Virus record (IMG/VR): IMGVR_UViG_3300045999_010033
Location: 157,096-221,095 of that record
DNA: 64,000 nt
Reading direction: 5' to 3' (one strand)
Of this stretch, positions 37,801 through 45,700 are shown in pieces. Both the position numbers and the translations under genes were made by a program. Numbering within the stretch: the stretch's first letter is position 1; each line of letters opens with the position of its first letter. The notes under the pieces were generated by a model. It did no database searches. It saw nothing but the letters and a program-made list of their open reading frames with translations, and had not been told where the DNA came from.

Positions 37801-38003
37801 AACCAACTTATTTCTTTTATCAATTCGGGAGACATCTCAAGTTTAGCATGAGCGATATCACCTGCTAAATAAATGATAGAATCTTCAGTACCATGTTTGC
37901 GAATTTCTTCAAACATTTTATCAAACACCAATCGGTACTCTTTATGTCTTTTGATGTTACGAATGTGAACATCTGCTATGTGAAATATTTTTTTTAATCT
38001 CAT
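34860..38003 (-). CDS. Fused Mre11/SbcD nuclease + Rad50/SbcC ATPase (gp47-gp46 fusion)
   Basis: HIADVH, AGD, GNHD, GDIH phosphoesterase motifs; APNASGKSS Walker A, CKYC hook, SSGMEK signature, LVIDEGFGTLD, ISH. Confidence 0.9.
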   Translation of the reverse strand: MRLKKIFHIADVHIRNIKRHKEYRLVFDKMFEEIRKHGTEDSIIYLAGDIAHAKLEMSPELIKEISWLFTECTKHCPTILIAGNHDCNMNNTDRLDVLTPMVDALNLPNFYYLKDTQVWSYGGVGFGVFSIFDNKDNWPKADDIDTKIKIALFHGPVDHSQTDVGYVVSSRHFTVDMFDGYDIALLGDIHKRQELISSSGCKAVYAGSLVQQNFGESVSGHGFLVWDLDTLTYEAIDIQNDYGYYTLNVDNGIVPNVLDMPKYAHLRVKLSNTDSATTKKVVMEIKRKYKIKDFSIIRTDSISKVKTGNRSSKLDFDDVSDINYQNSLINDYLNRMLPHLTDGDLRKIETINTEINGRISTDDVQRNIFWKPIRFEFSNMFSYGEDNKIDFTKINGLTGLFAPNASGKSSLFDSISFCLYDKCSRAFKATNIMNNRKTTFWCQLDFEINGVSYSIRREARTVNKGKNVKVDVQFWRTVDGRVESLNGTERRDTNLIIEQYVGRYEDFVLTSLSLQGNNALFIDKSQSERKELLAQFMGLNVFDKLHEAASDEIKEVSALIKNFKRTDFTSELNDKILEVGQTQTLISELESLISETINKKDNVIESIISLNKQLAKVDVVYDIDKLISKKKDILSALESLDTESGAKQKQLNDLNYLSEALLNTINETQTINGVSISDAKDELDSCKNQIVTLNHNIQLLKQSIKLNKEKLSHLEKHEYDPNCKYCINNVFVKDAISTKEKVDKEESDLQSKLNTIEELKLKYESIKDVETIWNTLNENKLKYNKLLSFIEKVQEEIKTLKTKNELYNHQLETISDSIKRYYANEETIKQNKEIEIKLSALEETNTELDKIIKVKNSELSSLTSKMATIKSYIDSCRAKIKEVKDLEDKYHLYECYLDAVKKDGIPYELISKALPIIESEVNNILGQVVDFNIVMNVDGKNINARIVYDDQEWALEMSSGMEKFISGLAIRVALINICNLPRPNFLVIDEGFGTLDSDNISSLFMMMQYLKTQFDFIWIISHLDQMRDMVDGIVEIKKIGGYSSIRG

Positions 38004-38941
38004 ATACTATTAATCTTACTCAACAATAGTTCATCCGATGTGAACTCTTTACTTTTATATACTTCTTTGTAAAAATTATCGTATCCCATTTCTGATGGGT
38101 CTTTTTCTTTCAAATAAATCATCCTTACCGCTATTCCTTGCTTTCTGAAATATTCTGCAACTTTAAGTGCTTCTGCTTTTGCATCATCATCCAATGCTAT
38201 AAACAGCTCTTTGACGGATTTGAAAAATATTTTTTCTACTAATTGCTTTGATGGAAACTTACCCAATAGTGGTATTGCATTCCTACGAATCGCTATGGCA
38301 TCAAACACACCTTCGCACAATATTATAGGCATATCCCAATTTATTTGGGAATCAAAGCATATTATATTTTTTGATATAGGGGGATTTTTATATTTCATTT
38401 TTGTATCCTCATAATACGAACGAGATACAAAATAATTTACAGAACCATCGGAATTGTATGATGGTACAATTAATCGTTTAGCATACATTCCATCCAAACA
38501 ATATCCTATATTGTATTTTACAATTTCTTTAATACCGATTCCACGTCGGTTTAGATAAGCGATTGCTTGACGATATTCCGGATTAAATCCACTCGGTTCT
38601 ATGGATAGTGATACAAACTCTTTTGGTAGTTGAATGAATACTTTTGTATCGGTATCGTTTTTTTCAGAAACGTATCCGGCATCCCCATAAACATCACGAA
38701 TGATTTTAATAGTATCTTTATCTACATCCAATTTACGAAGTAGATACGCAATTTTTTTCCCACCACTGTTACATACCCAACAATGCCATTTTTGAGTCTG
38801 AAGATTTATTTGTAATTTTTGCTTATGATGGTGGCAAAATGGACAATAAAACGCGTGTTCATCACCCTTTAAAAGAGAGTGTGAACCGATTACGTTTGTA
38901 AGTATTGATAGGACTTTATTTTTATCGAATTGTTTTATCAC
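38000..38941 (-). CDS. DNA primase (CHC2 Zn finger + TOPRIM)
   Basis: CPFC..HCWVC, KYKNP, CEGVFDA, ALDDD, KDP. Confidence 0.88.
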   Translation of the reverse strand: MIKQFDKNKVLSILTNVIGSHSLLKGDEHAFYCPFCHHHKQKLQINLQTQKWHCWVCNSGGKKIAYLLRKLDVDKDTIKIIRDVYGDAGYVSEKNDTDTKVFIQLPKEFVSLSIEPSGFNPEYRQAIAYLNRRGIGIKEIVKYNIGYCLDGMYAKRLIVPSYNSDGSVNYFVSRSYYEDTKMKYKNPPISKNIICFDSQINWDMPIILCEGVFDAIAIRRNAIPLLGKFPSKQLVEKIFFKSVKELFIALDDDAKAEALKVAEYFRKQGIAVRMIYLKEKDPSEMGYDNFYKEVYKSKEFTSDELLLSKINSI

Positions 38942-38945
38942 AAAT

Positions 38946-38976
38946 CAAATATACAAAAAGTATTTTGTATTTCAAA
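38946..38976 (-). promoter_or_regulatory. Bacteroidota-type housekeeping promoter (-33 TTTG, 19-nt spacer, -7 TATATTTG) for primase/SbcDC
   Basis: Exact match to TTTG-N19-TAnnTTTG. Confidence 0.7.
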
Positions 38977-38977
38977 A

Positions 38978-39400
38978 CTATTCTTCTAACCATTTTTGGG
39001 GAATCTGCTTATCAGCATAAAGAAACCCATTCTTCTCACACCACATAGCATAAGTAGTTTTTGAACCTTTGGATATTTTGTTTTTAGAATTTGTGAATAC
39101 AAATCGGATATCAAAATGTGGGTATTGCTCTTTTATTAACAAATGCTTTTTCCTATCCGCCAAAACAAACCTACCTTTAGTTTCAACTATTATCCCATTA
39201 GGTAATATAAAATCGGGATGATAGCTGTGTTCAGAAGCAGGTATAACATAATTAATAACTGACTCTTTTTCTTCGTATCTAATAGGTATCCCATTTTCTT
39301 TTAGCTGATTAGAGATTGATTCCTCCAACCCAGATTTAAAACCATATTTTTTTCCTACCCAATTTGATTTAGTACGCGATGTAACCTTAGATTTGGTCAT
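38978..39400 (-). CDS. Endonuclease I-like Holliday junction resolvase (T7 gp3 family)
   Basis: FKSGLEE, YHPDFILPNGIIVETKGRF..DRKKH, DIRFVF, TTYAMWC. Confidence 0.9.
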   Translation of the reverse strand: MTKSKVTSRTKSNWVGKKYGFKSGLEESISNQLKENGIPIRYEEKESVINYVIPASEHSYHPDFILPNGIIVETKGRFVLADRKKHLLIKEQYPHFDIRFVFTNSKNKISKGSKTTYAMWCEKNGFLYADKQIPQKWLEE

Positions 39401-39401
39401 A

Positions 39402-39611
39402 TTATTTTTTAACTGTAGAAGAATACATCTTATCGTTTACGATACCACCTCTGGCTTGCTTTAATCTTTCTTCACTTACTGCCCCACTGTCAATCTTTTG
39501 TAAATCATCGGTGGAATATGGAGTCTTTCTAGCGTTACTGACATCTTTGCCGATTTTATCTGTACCAAGTTGAGTTTGTTGTGCTTTATAAAGGTCTACT
39601 ATTTGTGCCAT
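39402..39611 (-). CDS. Hypothetical protein (69 aa)
   Basis: ORF downstream of an ATATTTATA motif. Confidence 0.55.
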   Translation of the reverse strand: MAQIVDLYKAQQTQLGTDKIGKDVSNARKTPYSTDDLQKIDSGAVSEERLKQARGGIVNDKMYSSTVKK

Positions 39612-39637
39612 ATTGTTTTGTTTTATATAAATATAAG

Positions 39638-40822
39638 TTATGTATCAAAACGTACTATAAAGTTTAATGGAATATCTATTTCCGATTTAACCGGCTTTGG
39701 TAATTTTGCAACAGCAACTAAATCATTATTATCATCATATAATCCGATTGCAGTAATAAATGGGGTAAGATATGAACCCGTCATATCAATTGATTGGCTA
39801 TAATATCCATCACCAAACCCACCATATACCGATGCATTTACTTTTGATTGATATCCAAATTGTATTGTTGAACCATTATCCAGCGTTACCTGCTTTCTGA
39901 CGTATCGTACACCGGGATATGGAGTTACACGACGTGTTATTCCATTTGAATCTACAAAATCTTCAACAACTGACCCGGTTTCAATTATTGCGCTAGGATT
40001 TGTAGATACATTGAATTCATCTTCACCTACAACTAAAAGATATTCATTTTCATATATCGTAGTTGTTGATTTGTATTGTATATCCCAAAGAGCAGTAAGT
40101 CTTGTAGATGGTGAAAGTGTGAGTACAATTAATCCTTTATCATAAAAGATATTTCCTATTTTAGTGGCAGATTGTCCTGCTGGTAAAAATGTGGCGTTTT
40201 CTATAACCATTACGCCGGTTTCTGCATCAAAGCTAATAAGGTTTTCTAAATATGTAGTTGAATCTAAATCAAAACTAATTTCATTATCATTTATATTTAT
40301 ATAATTCAAAGATGCGCTGTATTCATTTCCTAATTGATCTGAAAAATTAAACTCATTTGTTTCATTATCAATTAACGATACCAATATACCATTGAATCCA
40401 CTATCTCCAACTATATTACCATAAGAATCATCTATAAACGTTCTATTATTATCTATAAGAGTAAAACTACCTGGCTTTATTCCCTCTCCAATATATTTTT
40501 GTGGTATAGAAATAATTTTAGCAGAATCGTTTAATAATCTTTCTTTTTCTAAATTATTAGTAGCATAATTTGAAGTTTTTCTGCCAATTCTTAAAAAAGG
40601 ATTATCTTCGTTTCCATTATAAAATTGAGCCCTAAGTTGGCCGTATAATGATAGTTTATTAAAAGATAAGTTAGTATCGGACGTAGTAGTGCTATTCGCA
40701 TAAGATGCGGTATATTGCGCACTTAGTGTATCTATTTCGGCAGACGAGTCCGTGAATGACCAATCTTTGTAAACTTTGAATGGTCTAATGCTAATATCGG
40801 ATTTTGGTATAGGTTTTAACAT
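39638..40822 (-). CDS. Putative tail/baseplate structural protein, paralogue of 40894-42111
   Basis: C-terminal ITAIGLYDD..LVAVAKLPKPVK. Confidence 0.6.
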   Translation of the reverse strand: MLKPIPKSDISIRPFKVYKDWSFTDSSAEIDTLSAQYTASYANSTTTSDTNLSFNKLSLYGQLRAQFYNGNEDNPFLRIGRKTSNYATNNLEKERLLNDSAKIISIPQKYIGEGIKPGSFTLIDNNRTFIDDSYGNIVGDSGFNGILVSLIDNETNEFNFSDQLGNEYSASLNYININDNEISFDLDSTTYLENLISFDAETGVMVIENATFLPAGQSATKIGNIFYDKGLIVLTLSPSTRLTALWDIQYKSTTTIYENEYLLVVGEDEFNVSTNPSAIIETGSVVEDFVDSNGITRRVTPYPGVRYVRKQVTLDNGSTIQFGYQSKVNASVYGGFGDGYYSQSIDMTGSYLTPFITAIGLYDDNNDLVAVAKLPKPVKSEIDIPLNFIVRFDT

Positions 40823-40845
40823 ACAACTATAAATATTCCTAAACT

Positions 40846-40874
40846 AAAAACCCACCATAATTAGGTGGGCTTTT
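40846..40874 (-). terminator. Intrinsic terminator
   Basis: Sense CCCACC-TAATTAT-GGTGGG followed by TTTTTAGTTT. Confidence 0.75.
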
Positions 40875-40893
40875 AAAGTTTATATTTGAAATT

Positions 40894-42111
40894 TTAGAAA
40901 TCAAGTTTTACTTTTATTGATACTTCTTTATCGAAGGATTTTTCAATAGGTTTACTTATTTTAGCAACTGCCAATAATTCACTCGCATCATTATAAAGAC
41001 CAACTGATGTTATGTACACTTTTGGATCACGTTCAAACGTTGCTTGTGAAAATTGACCGGTGGAGCCAGTTACAAATGTTGGATTATTTGAGAAATTATA
41101 TTCTCTATTGTTTGCTCTTACAAAATAATGTGAAGTTGATACATTCTCAATTCTACGAGCTTGAAAATCATCACCGGCATCAAATGCTAAAAACAATTTT
41201 TTGTTGTTATCGTAGTATGTATCCGCTACACTTGCACTTGTTGGAATTAAACTAGATCCTACAGTGGCACCCAATGCAGCTGGATTCAAAATGAATATAC
41301 CCATATCAGGATAGAATAATCCAAATCCCTGTCCGTTTGATGATGTATATGTTGATATTGTTCCTTCGTTTGCGGTTCCGATATTCAATGCTCCACTTAC
41401 CATATTAAATACCCTACCAAAAGAACCAACAGTTTCAGTTTGTGCACTATCATCTATGAATGTATAAGTAGACCCTCCAGCTTGAAGACTTATTTGAATA
41501 TTTCCTGGATCCAATCTCTCTTTATATCTTGCTCTATTGATGGCTACTGCATAAAATTGATGTAAGTTATGAGCGCCTGCAGTAGAACCTGAATAAACAC
41601 TAAAGAACTCATCGTTGGTATCCAATAAAATGTTCCTAAATTGAGTATAAACTGCTTTGGTTTGCAATAGAGATGAATCGGTTTGAGAAAGTGTTGGAAC
41701 TCCACCACCACTTATATTTCCATAAGCAATTGAAAATTGAACTTCGGCGGTACTATCTGTTTGTGGATTTTTGTTGTAAACATCAAGATAGTATTTTCCA
41801 CTAACCGAACTACTTTGTGCGGAAGATGTAAAAAACCCAGTAAGTGAGCCAGATCCATCACTCCATATTCCTGAAGTTACTATTTCGGTACGATTTGTTA
41901 CTTTATCAATTGAACCAAATCTTTTATAAATACCACTTGATATTGTGGTTACATCGGGACTTATTTGCTCACCCTGTCCCAAAAATTGGTTAAGTATATT
42001 TACGAGCTCATTAGTATCAATCGGTGTACCGGCTGTGTTTGCAGCTGCGGCTAGATATTGCGAAAGATTACTTGCTAAAAGGGCTCCTCTATTATCTCTA
42101 ATTACTGCCAT
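40894..42111 (-). CDS. Putative tail/baseplate structural protein
   Basis: C-terminal YITSVGLYND..LLAVAKISKPI..KVKLDF; S/T/G-rich. Confidence 0.6.
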   Translation of the reverse strand: MAVIRDNRGALLASNLSQYLAAAANTAGTPIDTNELVNILNQFLGQGEQISPDVTTISSGIYKRFGSIDKVTNRTEIVTSGIWSDGSGSLTGFFTSSAQSSSVSGKYYLDVYNKNPQTDSTAEVQFSIAYGNISGGGVPTLSQTDSSLLQTKAVYTQFRNILLDTNDEFFSVYSGSTAGAHNLHQFYAVAINRARYKERLDPGNIQISLQAGGSTYTFIDDSAQTETVGSFGRVFNMVSGALNIGTANEGTISTYTSSNGQGFGLFYPDMGIFILNPAALGATVGSSLIPTSASVADTYYDNNKKLFLAFDAGDDFQARRIENVSTSHYFVRANNREYNFSNNPTFVTGSTGQFSQATFERDPKVYITSVGLYNDASELLAVAKISKPIEKSFDKEVSIKVKLDF

Positions 42112-42119
42112 AGTTTATA

Positions 42120-42743
42120 TTATTGAACGTAGTTTACGGTTACTGGTATTGTTTGAGAGCCACCCGTTTCATTACCATAAACAGTAATTGTTGTTCTTAC
42201 CGTTGATGTTAGTGATGGATTTGGAATGAATTTAAATGTAAGTCCTTTTGCTACCGCTGCCGTTGCTGAAACATCATCACCTATAAATACGGGGACAGTT
42301 CCTACATCTGCAGTTACACCCTCTCCTACTAAATCACCTGCATTTTTATTTGCAAGAATGACCGTGTATCCCAATCTTCTATTTCCGGAAGGGGAGGTGG
42401 TTGGTGAAAGAGCAACCTCACCACTTTTTTGATTAACCGTAATATTAGGTACACCAAATTCTACAACTGGGATTCTTGTAGTATTTTTTGGAAGTGTAAC
42501 AAGTTTGTATTTCATAACTTGTGTTTCATCCGGAGATGCTTCCAATACCGGCATATTTTTAATTGCGGAATCGTAATAAGCAGACCCAAGTGGATGTGCA
42601 GGTTCGTAGAGAGAGTAATCTACCTCATCATCGGCAAGTGCGAATTGTGTAATATTCAACCCCAATCCTGCCGCGAGTTTTTCCCTACCTTTTTTTGTTA
42701 GAATTGCATCTACTGTCAATTCAGTATTACTTAAATATCCCAT
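42120..42743 (-). CDS. Putative baseplate/tail structural protein
   Basis: DAILTKKGREKLA..ITQFALADD resembles tail-collar/fibre-base N-termini; context. Confidence 0.55.
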   Translation of the reverse strand: MGYLSNTELTVDAILTKKGREKLAAGLGLNITQFALADDEVDYSLYEPAHPLGSAYYDSAIKNMPVLEASPDETQVMKYKLVTLPKNTTRIPVVEFGVPNITVNQKSGEVALSPTTSPSGNRRLGYTVILANKNAGDLVGEGVTADVGTVPVFIGDDVSATAAVAKGLTFKFIPNPSLTSTVRTTITVYGNETGGSQTIPVTVNYVQ

Positions 42744-42792
42744 AGTGTATTGTTATCTTTTGTTATAAATATATTATTCTAAAAAATAAGTA

Positions 42793-45700
42793 TTATTCAG
42801 TTTCCAAAATCGGTTCTGAAGAATCTCTTCCTGCTTTATTTACTTTCAATGTATTTGGATTGGTAGCAAACACTTCGACCGGTGGTGTTCCATCCAATGT
42901 AGTGGCCGAAGTGTTTTTACATCCTCTCCAATATGAATTTTCCAATCCACGAGTTAGATCAGATGTATTTTTATAATGTGTAGGCAGATATCCTCTAACC
43001 GGCGTTACTTCTACTATTCTATCATTCGTGGTTGGAAGTGATGATGGCGTTGTTGTACCTGGCTGATAAAATGGCTGAATATTTACACGTGTTTCATAAT
43101 AAACTTCAGTGCCAGTTAATTCACCACTACGAGGATCATCTCCTTGCTGATAGTATGTGAACTCTCTTTCTTTCTTTTCTTTTAGAATCGATACAAGTAC
43201 ACGCTCTTTTGCTACTTTTCCGAATCGGTCGAAATAAGAGCGAACCGCGTGACCATCTTCTCCGAATATACCAAATCCAATATCACTAAACTCATCTTGT
43301 CCGGCCACCGCCAATCCTGCGAAAGCCTCTCTTTCCTTTTGTGGGGTGCCCTCATCTAGATTAGCATCTACAACCGAATCCGCGGTTTCTAAATATCCTG
43401 TCTCACTTAAAGATGATACGTTGAATAGACCTTCGGTTTCTATATTAGAATCGAGTTGATAACTATCGGATTCCAAACTTTCAGAATAATCGGCATCAAT
43501 AATCGTTGTGTGCTGATTATCTTCACCCATTAATTCATATTCGGTTGCATCTATTTCGGATTCAATTATAGTTGTTTCAAAATTCAAAATCGGTGAATCT
43601 TTCAAATCAATAGTATCCTGATAGTTTTCGGCACTACCGGTTGGTTTTGTGTGCTGAAACTTACTTCTTTCCAATATGTGTGGTTCAATCAATAGACCAG
43701 ATGTGGCTTTAACCCTAGCCGGCAACATTTGCTTGATATCTTCAAATAGGGCCTTTTCATATAACTTTATAAGATTGATATATTGATAAATGTCTATTTT
43801 TGAATTTGCATATCTTCTAAAATAATATTGACGTAGTTTATCTAATGAATCGTAGTTTGGTTTGTATGTATCCGATGGGTCACCAATATAGTTATCAAAA
43901 TTCAAACCACCGAATGCTTTTATAATATCAAAGTTTAATTCTTTGTTTGGAGAGAAAAACAATCCAACTCTATTAGAATCAATCGGAGCGTTATCATACG
44001 ATTTAACTGTAGACCTATATTTCGGTGATAGTTGGCTTACCAATGTTTGTTCTTCAACCCTAACTTTGTTTCCTACAAATCGACTGGAGCCGATGGATGG
44101 AATGGGTGCGGACACTTTTCTTTCATATGGAAGGAATTGATATGGATACGTCGTTATATCAGTAAATCCACTAACAGATGCAGTAAGTGGAGATGCTGCG
44201 TTTCTTGTGTTCATATAAGTAGCCGGAGTTGATTCCGCTTCTACCATATTACGAGTATATCCTTCATCATAATAAACGTTTGCATCAACGTTTAGTATGC
44301 TTGTACTTACATAGAGATTCTTTGGATATTCAAAATCAAGTCTGAAAAATAAATCATCAGTTGAAGATGAATAGTTATTACCGTTAATCATCTCAGGCCA
44401 TGCAGCATGTTCGTAAAATACCGAACTACTTAATGGCTGTGACCACGTTCTGATTTCATCTATATATCCAGTAAATGTTGAACTACCAACAACGACGGTA
44501 CCGGTGCTAGTAGCCCAACTTGCGGCAGTAGAAAGTGATTGAGTAAATACACGTCTTTCTCCACTATATTTTGCAATATCCATACGAACATTACTACCTT
44601 GCTTTGTTAAGCAAACGGCAGTATATTCGGTATCAAACAATGGAAACTCATTACTTGTCAATGTACCTGCTCCATAATTCCAAACTAATTTACCAAACGT
44701 TGGTTCTAATTGTGAACTTGCAGACGCTCGTAATGTCCAGCTATTAGATAATATTGTTGATACACTACCGGTCGCTGTAGGTCTAAAGAACAATTCCAAA
44801 CTATCTGGTGTTCTACTATTTTCTGTTGTGGGCCAACTTAAATTAATTCTTGAACCAGTATCCATACCCAACACATAGGTCAATTCATCCATTACCAACT
44901 TTCCTTTGCCGGATGTGGTTGGTTCTGGTCCACCAAATTCCATTATAGAAAGATTTGATGAAGGAATGCCATAGCATGAAAGTAAAGCGTAGATACCACG
45001 ACGTGTGCCTTTATGTTTTAGAAGATATGGCAGGTTATTTAGAATACGTCTCCATACTTCATAGTTTCTTTTTTTGGATGGTGAAAGAAACTTCTCATCA
45101 CCATTGGAATCCAATCCTAATGTATATTCCCAAAGTGGAATGTTTGAATTTAGATTTTTGGCATCCCAATTATAAGATTTTAGTACATCAAATAATATTT
45201 TATCCGCGATACCATTGGTTATATTATAACTTATATCTCTACTCCTCTCAATGGATTTCGCGTAGTAATATATGTTATCGAAATGATGTCCCATCATTGA
45301 CATGAACAAAAGGAATTGTTCATTTTCATCGTAGTTTAAAACATACGATGGAATATTGTTTAATACATAATTAGCGTTATTGTTATCATATATAGTAGCT
45401 GCAGTTGAGGCACTATTGTACCAATTTATTACTTGAGATGATGTGCTGGAATATCTAATCGTTCCATTGAATGGCCAAGATAAAGATGAACTTGTAAATA
45501 GAAATTTTTCAAATCCATCAAATCCTTGGATTACTGCGTTTTTCTTTTGTGTTTGACGATTTATCTCATTGATGCCCGCAGTAGAACCGGTGTATGCCGA
45601 ACCATTTCCGGTATAATCGGTAGATGCCGATGTTATAAGTGTTTCATACGTTTCGATTAATTGAACCTTATAAACAAAATTATCCAATCTTTCTTTTGCA

